The position numbers and the translations under genes are program-made. Below are positions 38,315 to 50,494 of a DNA stretch of 59,195 bases, piece after piece. The notes under the pieces were generated by a model, which was not told the DNA's origin, searched no databases, and saw only the letters and a program-made list of their open reading frames with translations. Where the stretch lies: the NCBI GenBank assembly GCA_018398765.1, contig JAHBMJ010000014.1:1-59195 (forward strand), read 5' to 3'. This stretch comes from Chromera velia (lineage: Eukaryota). Positions within the stretch are counted from its first letter, which is position 1, and the number at the start of each line of letters is the position of its first letter.

Positions 38315-39339
38315 TAACCCAATCACACTGAGACACCCTGTACGCCTACAGCTTCTGGTGCTGCGAAGCAGCGTTTGAAGCGCACTCTGCATCAGACCAC
38401 AGATGCGGGCAGCTGTACCAGGCAAATCCTTGCAGTCTCAGTCTGTCAATATCCTGTACAAAGCCGACTTCCTAATGCCGGCAAGGGTTCACGAGGATGC
38501 AAGGACACGTGAGTCAGCGCAGCTTTTTTCATTCTTGTGTGGGGTTTCAGAATGAAATCCAGGGCGGACCCTCTCCAGACTGAATGAGTTGTAACCACTA
38601 CAAATAGAGTCCCAGGTAACAGATCTGTGTAACTTGCATGATCTGTGTAGCTCCCAAGTATATCAGCCTTTGCATTTCAACTGAATGTTGCTGTGCAGGA
38701 CGCCTGCCACCGTTTCTTGTCAGAGTTTGTTGAATCGATACATGCAGGCTGTAGCATTTATATTCGTGTTGAATTGACTGCAACACATGCATGCAATGCA
38801 ACAATGCAACACATGCATGCAAACTTGGACTTTTATTGAGGCGTTGCTTCTCGCGTGGATCACTGCGTGCATGCATGGCTCGGTCACATGCACTGCAATT
38901 CCTTAAAGCATGCGGGGAAGCAGCTATATATAGGCGTGGCTCAGCCTTAGATTTGCAAGCGAGGGAGTCCGAACTCAGCCAAAGCTATCATACGCCAGTA
39001 GCTCGGCAACGCGCTCCTATATATGCCCTCTCGTTCAATCAAGGCTCGGCGATGATCGCGCAGTACGAGTTATGTTACACGGATTGCCAAAAGCGCTCTG
39101 CCACACAGCCTCGGCCCATCTTCCGAAAGCTCTAATGCTGAATCTACACGAAGCTTTCTCCATGCACCTACAACAAACACAACGTGTCGGCAACGTCGGT
39201 GGCCGACCTTTTGAGTTAGCTTGACTTTCTCCTGCATTGATCGCGACGGTCTGTCAGCTCTCCCGGCTGGTGTATCTGCGGAAGTAGTGGATTCTTCAAT
39301 CGACTTTGTAATCGTTGCTTTTGATAGAAGTGGTCTGAA

Positions 39340-39912
39340 ATGTCTAAGGACACGAAAAGTGTGCAACTGGCGGCGGGCTGCCAGGAGGTGTATATGCTAA
39401 AGCTGTCCCAGGGTTCAAATTCTCATGTTGTGCGAGGCCAAGGTGCCGGGACCGCCATTGGCGCGGGAGTGGGTCTTGCGGTCGACGTTGTCACTCTTGG
39501 ACTGACGGGGGGCCTCGGCACAATGCTCGGAGGGCCTCAGTACTGGGAAGGGCTGAAGGGGAAAAGTTCGGGGGAGATTCGATCAGTGAGGTCCAGTTCG
39601 GCCGGTGCATGCGCAACTGCCTGGGTGAGGGCTGTTAACGAAAGGGCTGTAGGGTGCGAGACTGAACGTGCACTGGATGGGGTGTATGTAAGCTTCACCT
39701 CACCGTCACCTCAGGCCTCCCGTTGCATGGTGTGTATCGACATGCATCGTCGGAATCATTTCGGAATGGCGGCCGGGCTGCAAGCCTTCCTGCATGATGT
39801 TGCCACTGACTTGGTGAGAGCTCCCGGGACTCAATTTTCACGAGCCTTTGGAGTTTCTCTTGAAATCCTCGACTTTCCGGTCTACCATGACTATGCAGAA
39901 AAGTTCTATTAA
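39340..39912 (+). CDS. Hypothetical 190-aa single-exon protein with glycine-zipper hydrophobic hairpin
   Basis: ATG-to-TAA ORF containing GQGAGTAIGAGVGLAVDVVTLGLTGGLGTMLGG. No other recognisable motif. Confidence 0.45.
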   Translation: MSKDTKSVQLAAGCQEVYMLKLSQGSNSHVVRGQGAGTAIGAGVGLAVDVVTLGLTGGLGTMLGGPQYWEGLKGKSSGEIRSVRSSSAGACATAWVRAVNERAVGCETERALDGVYVSFTSPSPQASRCMVCIDMHRRNHFGMAAGLQAFLHDVATDLVRAPGTQFSRAFGVSLEILDFPVYHDYAEKFY

Positions 39913-40289
39913 AGAATGGTAGGGGAAATGTTTGCTTTTTCTCTGAAACAATGAGTTTGCAAGCGGTGTGCTTTGAATCTCCAAACAGGGGGACGTTGGG
40001 ATCAAGCCTTTGGAAGAAAAAGGTTTGCGGCCTCCTGAAAAAAAGAGTGATGCAAAAACAAAGGAGGGACCAGAATGACTTTTTGCGTTAAGATTTGCTT
40101 CAGCTCAATACATGACCGCCAGTCTCCAGCTTCATTCCGACAGCATAATTTGGGTTTGAATTTTGGGGCATTCTGCATGAGTGATTTTCCGGGCATTCAG
40201 GTTACGAATCAGGTGTGACTCTTCTTCTTTGGAAGTTTGTTTGCACAGAAAGTAACGTCCAAAGCAATGCGCGAAGCAGTTCACCGGAT

Positions 40290-42065
40290 TGAGGCGTATT
40301 ATACGTACTATTACGTGACGTCCATATACTCTACACGTACGGGAAGAATTATTAATATATGCTACTACTAAGCGTAATCATCACTGTGTAGTGTATAAGC
40401 CGCCCGTTGAAGACCATGCTAGGGACCATGTTAGCTTTATGATAGCCTTCATTCACATTTCATGATTGTTTATTTGACAGATAAAAATCCTATAGTTATA
40501 TAATCTTTAAGCTAGTCTTTAAGTTGGTTTAATTCGATTGTAGCGTCTCTGAACATTCTGAGCTAATTTATCAGAGTTTATCAAAGTTGCGACCCAATAA
40601 TTAAAAAACAAGTTTATAGACGTATGTGGCTGTTTAATTATGTTAAACAGAAGTGGTCAAACGTCTTCCATAAATTTAATGTCTTTATGAGAGCCTTGAG
40701 TCAGATTTTTGGGAGTTTCTTCCCTGTGGAGATTCCAGATTTTCTGTCTAGCCTTCTGTTTTTTATCTTTTTTTATCTTCAGTTGCCAAAGCCGTCTCTT
40801 TCCAGTGTCATTCGTTCTTTGTAGCCCTCTGCTGCCTTGCAATCTAGCTTGCAATGGCAGCTGGCGTTCCTGAAAAACTTGCTCGACTCTTATAGAAATT
40901 GGTATAGAAGGAGATAGATGAAGTTCAACTAGAGTCGCTATTTTGACTCTGGCAGGCTAGCCTAAGGCTCTTCACCTGACTTGAACCAAAAATTGAGAAA
41001 CACAAAAACTAATTTAAACGGGTTGTGATAATTTTTATGATGAGTTCAAATCACAGCAGAAGCAATCAACTAAATAGTTACATTAAATGACTCCAATAAT
41101 ATAATACTAACGGTAAGCCAAAGGAGCTAACCAATTTATTAAATTAGTTGAGAAGCAACTCAGGCTTTGGCGGGTCCTGAAAGTAACGTCTGATACCGTG
41201 ACCCTAGCTTAGGCTAGAGCTTGGGGTAGGGAACACCCTGCAGTTTTAGCTCTGGAGAGTCAGTGAAGACAGATTGTCATTGAGATGAACATCCGGGAAA
41301 AGCCTGGTACTTTGTGTAGAACCAATCAATCACTGGCAATAAATCAATCAACATACAGTAAGTTTCAACTATAGTATATATTATACTAGATATTATAAAG
41401 CCTACTACTCATACCTTTTATGGAACTAATCAATCAACTTTTAAATAAATCACTCAGATTATCACTGGCAATCCACATACAGTAAGTTTGAAGCGACCTC
41501 TATATAATAAAATGGCAACAGTGCTCTAGCTACTAGTAAGCCACCACTAAATCACTTAATAATAATAATAATTATACTTACTCTACAAATTTAAACTTTA
41601 ACTTTAAAATCCCCCCGAACCCTTTACTTTTTTTTTTCTTTTTCAGTCAAACAACCGTGACTGTTGTTCAAGTATTACACAGGTGTTGTTCATATGTATT
41701 GCACAACTGTTGTTAAGTGTTGTTGAAGGTAAAAAAAGTAAAAAGAAAAAAAAAATCTTCTCACATCACTTATTTTTTTTCTTTAGCCGACACTTAGATA
41801 AGACTACAGAACGGTGCAAGTTGGCGCACAGCAGTAAACCTATATAGCACTGGCCTAGGCACTGGCTAGCAGTGGACTACGGAGGAACTTGAAACATAAA
41901 TTATAATCCTAATCCTACTATTACGTATTATGATATATTAAAGTGACACTCTGACGTGACGCTCATGAACTAGCTCATGAATTGATTTAGGAATTGTATG
42001 ATTCAATGTGCTGGATACAATAACAGTATAAACGACCGGTACAGTTGTTATACGTTGTTAGTTAC
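40290..42065. other. AT/TpA-rich island, probable decayed mobile element(s)
   Basis: Composition shift and stop-rich sequence. It contains a degenerate direct repeat ATCACTGGCAAT..ACATACAGTAAGTTT at ~41329-41365 and ~41461-41489. Confidence 0.55.
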
Positions 42066-42069
42066 ATCG

Positions 42070-44610
42070 CTATTTATTAGTTGATGTGGTGGCAGGCGTT
42101 GCGATGGCACCTTCCATCACCCTCCACAAACGCAAACTCCCGTCTCGCCCTCCGGAAAGGGTCATCCTCCCGTCAGCAGACAACGCACAAGCAAACACAG
42201 GGTCAGACCCCACAACCACAGACGTGGAGCCCGTTGTCCCAGGCTCTCTAGGTCCACTTCCACCCCCCACCGCACCCGACTGCCCCCCCCCGTCGCCACC
42301 CCCCCCCGGAAACGTGACAGTTAATGGGACTTCCTTGCTTCCATAGTGCTGTATCACCTCGCCCCTAAACACATCCCATAATTTCACTACACCGTCTAAA
42401 CCTGCAGACACCAACGCGAGAGGAAGCTCTGAGTCCTCTCCCTCCCGCAAGTCACGCCCCCCTCCCGACAACCTTCCCGCCCCACCGCTGTGAGTACTCG
42501 ACGATGAAGAGAGAGACTGCGGTTGATGCTGCCCCCCTGCCACACTTCCTAAAGAGGCACCGTCGCCCCCCTTCTCCCAATCAACACGCGACACCGTATG
42601 CATTTGATGATCTCTATGCCCCCCCCGATTCTCTCTGCCCCCCCTGACCTCCCCCCCACTCCCAGAAGAGGAAGAGGAGCTTCCTCCCGAATGACCACGG
42701 GGGTGGAGCCTCCCTCCATACCCCTCAAAAAACCGACAACTAGTGACCCAACTCAAATGACCCCCCCCTCCGCCCAACTCACGAACACACCTCCACGGGT
42801 CCCCCCCAATGGTAGTACTGCGCGCGTCCCACAACCGAATAATTCCGTCTGCTCCCCCTGTGGCCAGAATCTGGCAACACGGAGTCCAGGCAAGAGCCTG
42901 CACGGGCGTCCCATCGGGTATTGCCCGCAAGACCTGGTGGCAGTGCCCGTCTGGGAGTCTGTGGATAGACACCATTCCCGTCTGTGTCGCACAGGCCAGA
43001 AGCACAAAGTTATGGGACGGCTTGGCAACTGTAATCTTGGCCGTCCACCACTCATTCAGCAGAGATGGCACGTTCAGGTGATAGTCCTCCACCGTGTTCA
43101 CCTGGGGGCCCTGGGTGGCACCACTGCCGCTGCCAGGGGGGGCAGGCGTGGGCTCTGCCTGCTGATTCGCATGGGGCTGGTTTTTGAGGGACCAGATGCG
43201 AACAGAGTGCCCTGCAGGCAGGTGGCATGGATGCAGTGAGTAAGTCAGTCCGGCAGGCAGAGGGACAGATTGTATGACCTCTTTTTTTCTTTTCTTTTTT
43301 CCTTCTTTTTCCTTTCAGATGGACAGAGAGTGATACAGCAAATATATTTATTTTTGTCCCTGCTTTCCTTCAGATAGACAGGCTATATGGTTTCTTTCCC
43401 TCATTTTCTTCATGTACACAACGGAAAAGAAATAAAAGAAAGCAAGAAAGACAAAAGAACATCACGACAACTTAGACAAAGTGGGAAGGGGCCCGAAGGG
43501 TGAGAGTTAAGCGCCCCTTGCCTTTCAACCTCCCGACAGGACTTCACGTGATCAATTGTTCGTCACACGCTACTATCCTGCTGCTTCCACTCAAGACAAG
43601 AGAGAGAGAGAGAGAGAGAGAGAAGGAAGAAGACAAGAAAAAACAAAAAGAACAGACAGACAGCCAGACAGACAGAGAGACAGGTGCGTGCCAATAAAGG
43701 GGCTAGCAAGATCCATTCTTTTTCCGTTTGGAAGAAGAGACGAGACTAGAGGCTCAATGGGAAGGCCTTGGAAAGGCACCTGCACAGTCTGTCTTCTTTC
43801 TTTCTTTCTTCTTTCCCCCCCCCCCCCCCCCCTCTCTCTCCCCTCCCTCTCTCTCCTACACGCCCGCACCCACCCACACACCCCACCCCCCACCCCACCC
43901 CACCCCCCACACACGCACGCACGGACACTCGATCTATCCCGAGATATCCAAACAGATTCAAACCGGTCGCCCGGTCGTGCAGCTTTCAAAGGATTTGCGC
44001 ACCACCATCGGGGACCCCCTCATTCGTTTCCCTTTCATGAGCCTCTTTCCTTCCCACCCCTCCCTTCTCTCTCCCTCCCCGCCTTTCCCTCATCGCTACC
44101 CCTTTTTCTCTTCGCTTGGCTTCCTCTTGCCAGCTTCTCCCCCTTCTTCTCTTCGGCAAACTTTCTTCCCCCCAAAGTAATGGCTCCACTTTCTTCTCCT
44201 ATCCCACAATCTTTCAAACTGGCACCCTTTCCCCTTATCCCCATACCTTGGGCCGTGATCACGAACAGTCGGTGGACAAAGAAATGAACCGAGGGCGCGC
44301 CAGGGTGGTTGTGGGCCTTCCAGCACGCCACGATGGACCCGAACCCGATCTTCAAGTCGTACACGTACACGGCACCCCCCACAGCACCACACACAATACG
44401 GGTGCCCTCCGGTGCAAACGCCACATACTCCACTGCACTTGTGTGTTTCCACACTCTCTCCGTCTTGCAGGTCTCCACATTCCACAAACGGACGGTGACG
44501 TCTCCGGCAGTCACTATGAAATTCCCGTGGGGGGAGACGTCCAACCACACCAACGAACCCGTGTGCCCCTTCAAATAGTGCTTGTCACTGCGACCGAGGG
44601 CGTTCCCCAT
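42070..44610 (-). CDS. WD40-repeat protein, possibly N-myristoylated
   Basis: Exon 1 reads MGNALGRS..LKGHTGSLVWLDVSPHGNFIVTAGDVTVRLWNV. The last exon (~43212-42070) has GHSVRIWSL, LATGGADGIIRLWD, LVSAGLDGVVKLWD and LSGGRDGSLRLW. Internal exons are unresolved. Confidence 0.9.
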
Positions 44611-44892
44611 TTTAAGTTAGGCCCTCACCGCAGGACCACCACCGCACAAACGACCACAGAGACCCACAATCCCCCCGCGACCTCAGAAAAACGTATCGCA
44701 GAGAAAAATGGGCTACATCGCAGCTTTGATTCCAGGAGAAACAGCAGTTCGATTAAGCAAGTCTGTCCCTCGATTTCCAGCAACTCTGACTGGCTGCTGG
44801 TCACTCAATCTGCTTGAAGGTCGTTGACAACGGCTCCCTCCATGGCCGGGTGTCCACAACGCGGAGAATCGCGGAGACGCCCGGGAAAAAAT

Positions 44893-44937
44893 GCGGCGGC
44901 GCGTCCCGTTTTGTTTGGGACACCGGCGCGCCGCCGC
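44893..44937. promoter_or_regulatory. GC-rich inverted repeat at the centre of a bidirectional promoter
   Basis: GCGGCGGCGCG (44893-44903) and CGCGCCGCCGC (44927-44937) are perfect 11-bp reverse complements, with an inner TCCC/GGGA pair. The midpoint is 305 nt from the WD40 ATG and 315 nt from the kinesin ATG. Confidence 0.5.
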
Positions 44938-45229
44938 GATGCCGCGGAGACGGCCGAGGATTGAATCATTCAGAAGGCGACTCGATCATACTCGATCTAG
45001 CTCGTTTGAGGCGTTGTTCTGTCGTCAGAAACTTTAAAAGAAACCGTCAGCACGCTGACTGGAGCTTTTGTCGGAAGTTTCGGCCCGGAAAAAGTCGAGC
45101 CGTGGACGAGCAAACACGTCCTAACAAGCTGTTGCTCTGGTTGCTGCTGCGGTTCTGTGCTCCCCTCTTGGCGCCCGTGGCTTCTGTCCGCAGCTCCCGC
45201 AGGGTGCTTATTTTTCTGCAGAGGATACA

Positions 45230-46914
45230 ATGGCGGCAGCGCAGCAGTCATGCATCTCTGCAAATTACGCCTGTCTGCACGTAAGTGTCGCCTTCGACTT
45301 TCGACTCTTGTCTCGCGTTCAGAACCGATGCACTTTCAAACAACATACGTGCGCCAACACTTTTTTCCCTTCGTTCTCCTGCAGGTCGCTGACTGGTCAG
45401 ACCGGCGAGGCAGCCTCAATTTTTGTTTCGACGATAACGGTCGAGTGGACTGCTTTTGTCCGTACAGTGAGGAATCGGAACCCCTGAATCTGAGGGACTT
45501 GAGGAGAGAACACTTCGGCGAGTCGGTGCAAGCGGAGGACTCCAGACTGAGTGGTGTTGTTCGGAGAGTTTTCGAACCCTCCAGATTTGTTTCCACAGTG
45601 GACGATGTCATCCTTGCAAGGCCAAGAAATAAAGACACTTCGAGGCACTCACCCAATAGAAACCCTCTCCCAAAGATCGGAGACGGGTGGGCGACGGCGT
45701 TCTTGAGCCAGATCGAGTGGTTCAAGGCCGGGTACAACTGCTCGATGGTCCTTTTGGGGCCCTCAAGTCAGTAATCGCATTCGGCTTCTTCCTTCGTGCT
45801 TTCCGTCCCGTTGAACCCCGTCATTGTTTTCTATTTCAACTCTTTTTTTGGCACGCTGTCTTCTCCGGAATGCGGTCTTTGATGTCTCTCGGGTCTGTCG
45901 CCGTCTCTTTCTGGGTCGCGTTGATGTCACTTTCTGTATTCTTCCCTCTATTGCTGTATTCTTTGTCCCTCCATTCCCAAGTATCTCTGCTCTGCATCTT
46001 TCCACCCCCTGTCGCTGCCTCTGTGGCCGTCCCTCGCACTACGTTGCCGCGCCCGTTTCCCAAGCGACCGTGTACCCGAGTCAGGCCTGCCTGATGCTCG
46101 GGAACCCGCTGCCTCCCGTTTCTCCTTCCTGCACGTGACCCTTTTCTCTCTGTGTGATCCTCTTCCTCTCTTTGCTGTCTTCTGTGCTGATCCGCCCGGC
46201 TTCCTTCTTTTTGTCATCTTGCGTCTTTTTGTATTTCTGTGCACGTGCAGAATCAGAAAAGAGGCAGGTGCTGATGGGGAAAAGCGGTGAGTCCTTTCGT
46301 TTTCTCTCGTCTCTTTTGTTTTTGTAGGCCGCTTTCTCATAGTCGTCTGAGTGTCCTCCATTCAAACCGTCTTTTCTTTCTTTTGTACTTGGTTGTTTTT
46401 TCTTCGGAAAGGAGTCTTTTTTTGCTCTCCAGTGGTTTGAGACTCAACTGGTTGCCTGCTTCTTTCAGTTGGTCGTTCATTCGGGGGTGGATGGACTTTC
46501 TTTCTTTCAATCCTCATTCTCGGTCGCTTCCTCTCTGAACTTCTTTGCAGGAGGTTTCTCTTACGTAGGAGAAATCGCCAAAGGTGAGTTGATATGAAGG
46601 AGCTGGGTTTGGGAAGTCCAAAGGAAAGAAAGGCTGAGATTGTTTTCTCCTTCATGCCCCCATTCCCTTTCCTTTCTTTTTCTCCGCGTCGATGCTCTCT
46701 TTTCCCTTTTGCTTTTGCCTTCGTTGCTCTCAGGTGAAGCTGAATTTCACATGCCTCTCTGCCTGCCTGCAGCTTCCCTGACGGCCTCACCCCCTTCGGA
46801 GCATCACGACCCACGTCCGATTGTTTACGTTTCATTTGTTGAAATCCGGAATAACACGCTCTAGTCAGTTTCGTCTTTCTTTTCTCTCTCACTCGTTCTC
46901 TCTTCCCCCCCCCC

Positions 46915-46950
<36 letters not shown>

Positions 46951-46959
46951 TTCTTTCTT

Positions 46960-47031
<72 letters not shown>

Positions 47032-50000
47032 TGTGTTTGTGTGTGTGCGTCTAACCCAACTGTCGATCTCTGAACACACACGCTCCTTTCCGTGAAACCT
47101 CCCTTCTTCCACCTTCCTCCCACTCTCCCGCCCTCCCTTCCTCCCTGTGTTCAGTGACCTACTCGACGAAGAGTCCCCTGCCGGATCGTCTGCTGCCTCC
47201 TCTGCTGGAGAGAGGGAGAGGGAGAAGAAGAGCCTGCTGCTGCATCTGGAAGGCGGCCCGGAAGTGCCTGATGCATCCAGGGTGGCCGTCTCCTCTGTGG
47301 AGGACGTGCAGAGGGCACTCGACTTTGGCAGACTCAGGAGGGCATGCAATGGTCAGTGAGTGAGTGAGAGAGGAAATAAGAGAGAAATGGAGGGAGGAAC
47401 ACTTGCGTTGACCGGGAGGGGGCTTTGTCAACTTGAGGAACATGCAAGGAGATGGAGTTTTCTCATTGCTTTCTCTCGTTTTTCTTATTCTTCAGTAGAG
47501 GGCCTTCCTTCTCTGCCTTGACACACCCCGTGTGGGTCATTTGAGATCTTGTGCTTTATGTCGCATTCTGTCTGTCTGTGTAGTGTACTCTCACCTTCCC
47601 TCCATACTTCTTTCCTCCCCCTTTCCCTGCCTGCATGCCTGCCTGCAGAATCTCTAATCGAAGGAGCCGACAAGAAGGGACTGCTCAGGTTCTCTGTACA
47701 TCTCGCTTTTGTCAGTCTGTCTCTCTGTCTGTGTGGCTGTGTGGCTGTGAAGTGGCAAGCCGACGAGGCAGAGGGCCAGTCACGGATTTTTTTCTTTTGC
47801 ATACAAGCCTGCTCTCTCTTTCTTTGCGCGTCCCGCCTCTTCATCTGTTCGGTCTTCGAAAAGAAGAGGCAGAACGCGCCCGTGAGCTTTCGTTTGACCA
47901 TTTCTCCCTTTTCAACCTTTCACTTCCGTACCGAGGGCAGCAGCGGTATTCAATTTTTCTCCCTCCCAGTCTGTCTGTATGTGTTATCTGCACGTGAAGC
48001 AAAGCTATCCGTGGAGAACGATCGGTAATGTCCAGTCTTTCCCCCCCTCCCTCCCATACCCTTCAGGGCCTCTGTGAATCTCAACCTGCCCCCTCGACTC
48101 CCGACATGGGGTCTGTAAAGGAACCGCAAGGCACCGGCAGAGCCCAGCAGCAGAAGGGAAGGAAGGAGAAGGAGGGGGGGGGCAAGACAGGGACAGTGCA
48201 AAAGAGGGGAAACAACAGAGCAAGCAGGAGCGATCCCTCCTCCTCGAGTTCTCCCAACTCTCCTCAGGGGTGTGGGAGTGGGGGCGGGCAGTCTCCGAAG
48301 GAAAGGGAAAAGGCTGCAGAACTGCTGAAGCAGATGGGTATCGGTCCCGTGGTGTGTCGGTACGATTTTTTGGAACTTCCTTGCACGGACATTGAAGAGG
48401 AGCACACCGATCTCCAAGCCTGGTGGAATAATTCATGCACGCAGCTGGTCAGTCAGTTAGTTAGTCAGTCAGTCAGTCAGTCAGTCAGTCATGTGGAGAG
48501 CCGAGGCGTCGCTTTTACAGATTGATTTGTGCTTCTGTTCTTTCGTTCTTTCTTTCGTTCGTTCGTTCTTTCTTTCTTTCTTTCTTTCCTATCTGTCTTC
48601 TGTCTTTCTTTCTTTCTGTCTGTCCTTCTGTCTTTCTTTCTTTCTGGGCTGTTGGTCGCTCTCCTAAAAGCAGGGTAGGTATCCTCGCATCCTCCTTCAC
48701 CTCCTGTGCCTCTCCTTTCTTCATCCTTTGGTCCATTCATTCTTATTTATTTTTGTTCTTCTGCTCGTCTCATTTTTTGTTTTTCCTTTCTGACCTGCAC
48801 ACACCTGTGCAGCGTGGGATGTTTGACTCTTCTTCTGGAGAAAGGGAGGAGGCCCAGAGGAGCGAGAGGAGCTTCAGACAGGAACTGAGAACTTACGGGG
48901 CAGATGAGGCGGCGCTGTATGAAGATCCGGCTGTGGGACAGGTGAGGGGGGCGGCAGGGGGACATGAATCTGTGGGCGGAGGATGTTGCGAAGTTCGCGT
49001 ACCCTCTGTGCTCTTGTGTGTTGGTGGGCGCTTGATGGACTGGGAAGATTGCAGCAGCCCTGCGTTTCCAATTGTGCTTGGTGAATCTGTTGTTTCCCGA
49101 CGTGTAGGTGGCTGTGCCTGTGTATGTGCGTCGTGCATGTATGCATGTAATGTATTTACATACATGAGGAGAGTGTACGTAAATGTGTGATGGTGCAGGT
49201 GTTTGTAGCAGCTGCGCGGGTCTTCTCAGAGTTTGATGACGAATCCCTCGCCTACAGGGGAAGGGGGAGTCCTGAGTTCAGGGGATGCGAGTTGTTTCTC
49301 TCGAGTCATTCCAAAACTGTGGGCATTCTCAGAGAGGCTCTCTGTGGGAACTCTGTCAATCTGGTTGGTTGGTCGGCTTTTCCTCCAGCTGTTTGTCTGT
49401 GTGTGCTTTCTGCTCTGTTTGTGTGGGTGCTGGAATGCATTTTGTCTTTTTGTCCGTCTTTCTATCTGCCCGTCGGTCTGCCCAGCAGCGCAGAAGGCAT
49501 CTTGTAGTATCTATTTGGATGAAAACTTCTCGCGCTTCCTCTTTCTTCCCCTGTATCTATGCAGGTGATGGGATTCGTGTCCTGTCGTTCCTCTTCCCAG
49601 TCAGAGGCAGAGAACACAGAGGGGCGTGAGAAGACTGAACAAACGAAGGAGGAGAAAGACAACATTGCGTGCCTTCGGTGAGTCAGCAGATCGTGTGGTC
49701 TTCAACAACACGGAAAGGAGTAAAGAAACAGACGGACATCTGTTTATGTGTGATTGACGGTCGCTTTGTGTATTTTTTGTGTTTTGTGTTTTCTGTTGTC
49801 TGCTCAAGTTGCACAAAGTCACATTCATTGACTGGTCTACAACATGGGCTTCTGAAGTTGTGATGTTCTTCTTGTCTGTGGAGACTTCTTAGAGACCCTC
49901 CGTGATTGGCTTTTCCTCCTTTGTCCACCTCTCTCACGTTCCAAAAGCTCTCCGTGCTTTTCGGTCCATCTGCCCCACTCCACCCATCTGGTTCAAGTGA

Positions 50001-50463
50001 TGTCCGAGGCGGAAATTTCGGCTCTGCAGGGAGGTTCATGGAAGTCTTCTTTCTCTCCCTGCCTATCTGCCTGCAGACTTTTGGAGAGAATCGGGTCCCT
50101 CATCTCCAAACCCAGGCAGAACGGGCTGGGGGTGTGGTTGCAGGGACTCGCAGGGCCTCATGAGGAGGTGAGGGGGGAGGGAGGGGGTAGGCCTGGCTGC
50201 GTGCTCTTTTGCTTTTGGTACTCGTTCATTTTCCCCAGTTTGCTTCTCCAGCGTCTTTCCATTTCCCCCCCCCCCCCCTCTCTCTCTCTCTCTCTCGCTC
50301 GCACGCACGCACGCACGCGCGCGCGCTCCTTTTCTTAACCGCCCTCTCCGTCCCTGCCTCTGTCACTGTGTGGGATTGAATCTCTCTATGGCCGTCCGCT
50401 CAATTGGCTTCCCGTCTCTCTCTGCTTCTTATCTTCGGTTGTTTGTGTGGACGCGGACGCCTC

Positions 50464-50494
<31 letters not shown>

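Noticed and set aside
38935..39025. Short ATATATAGG / CCTATATAT inverted pair between the HNH and glycine-zipper genes
   Set aside because: Only 9 bp of low complexity. It could be back-to-back TATA-like boxes but cannot be distinguished from chance.
40624..40900. Short ORFs in the AT-rich island as a transposase fragment
   Set aside because: The sequence is coding-like but has no recognisable motif, so it cannot be assigned.
35815..42065. A complete transposon, Polinton or provirus around the HNH gene
   Set aside because: I could not find terminal repeats, a target-site duplication, or any transposase, integrase, polymerase or capsid gene by eye.
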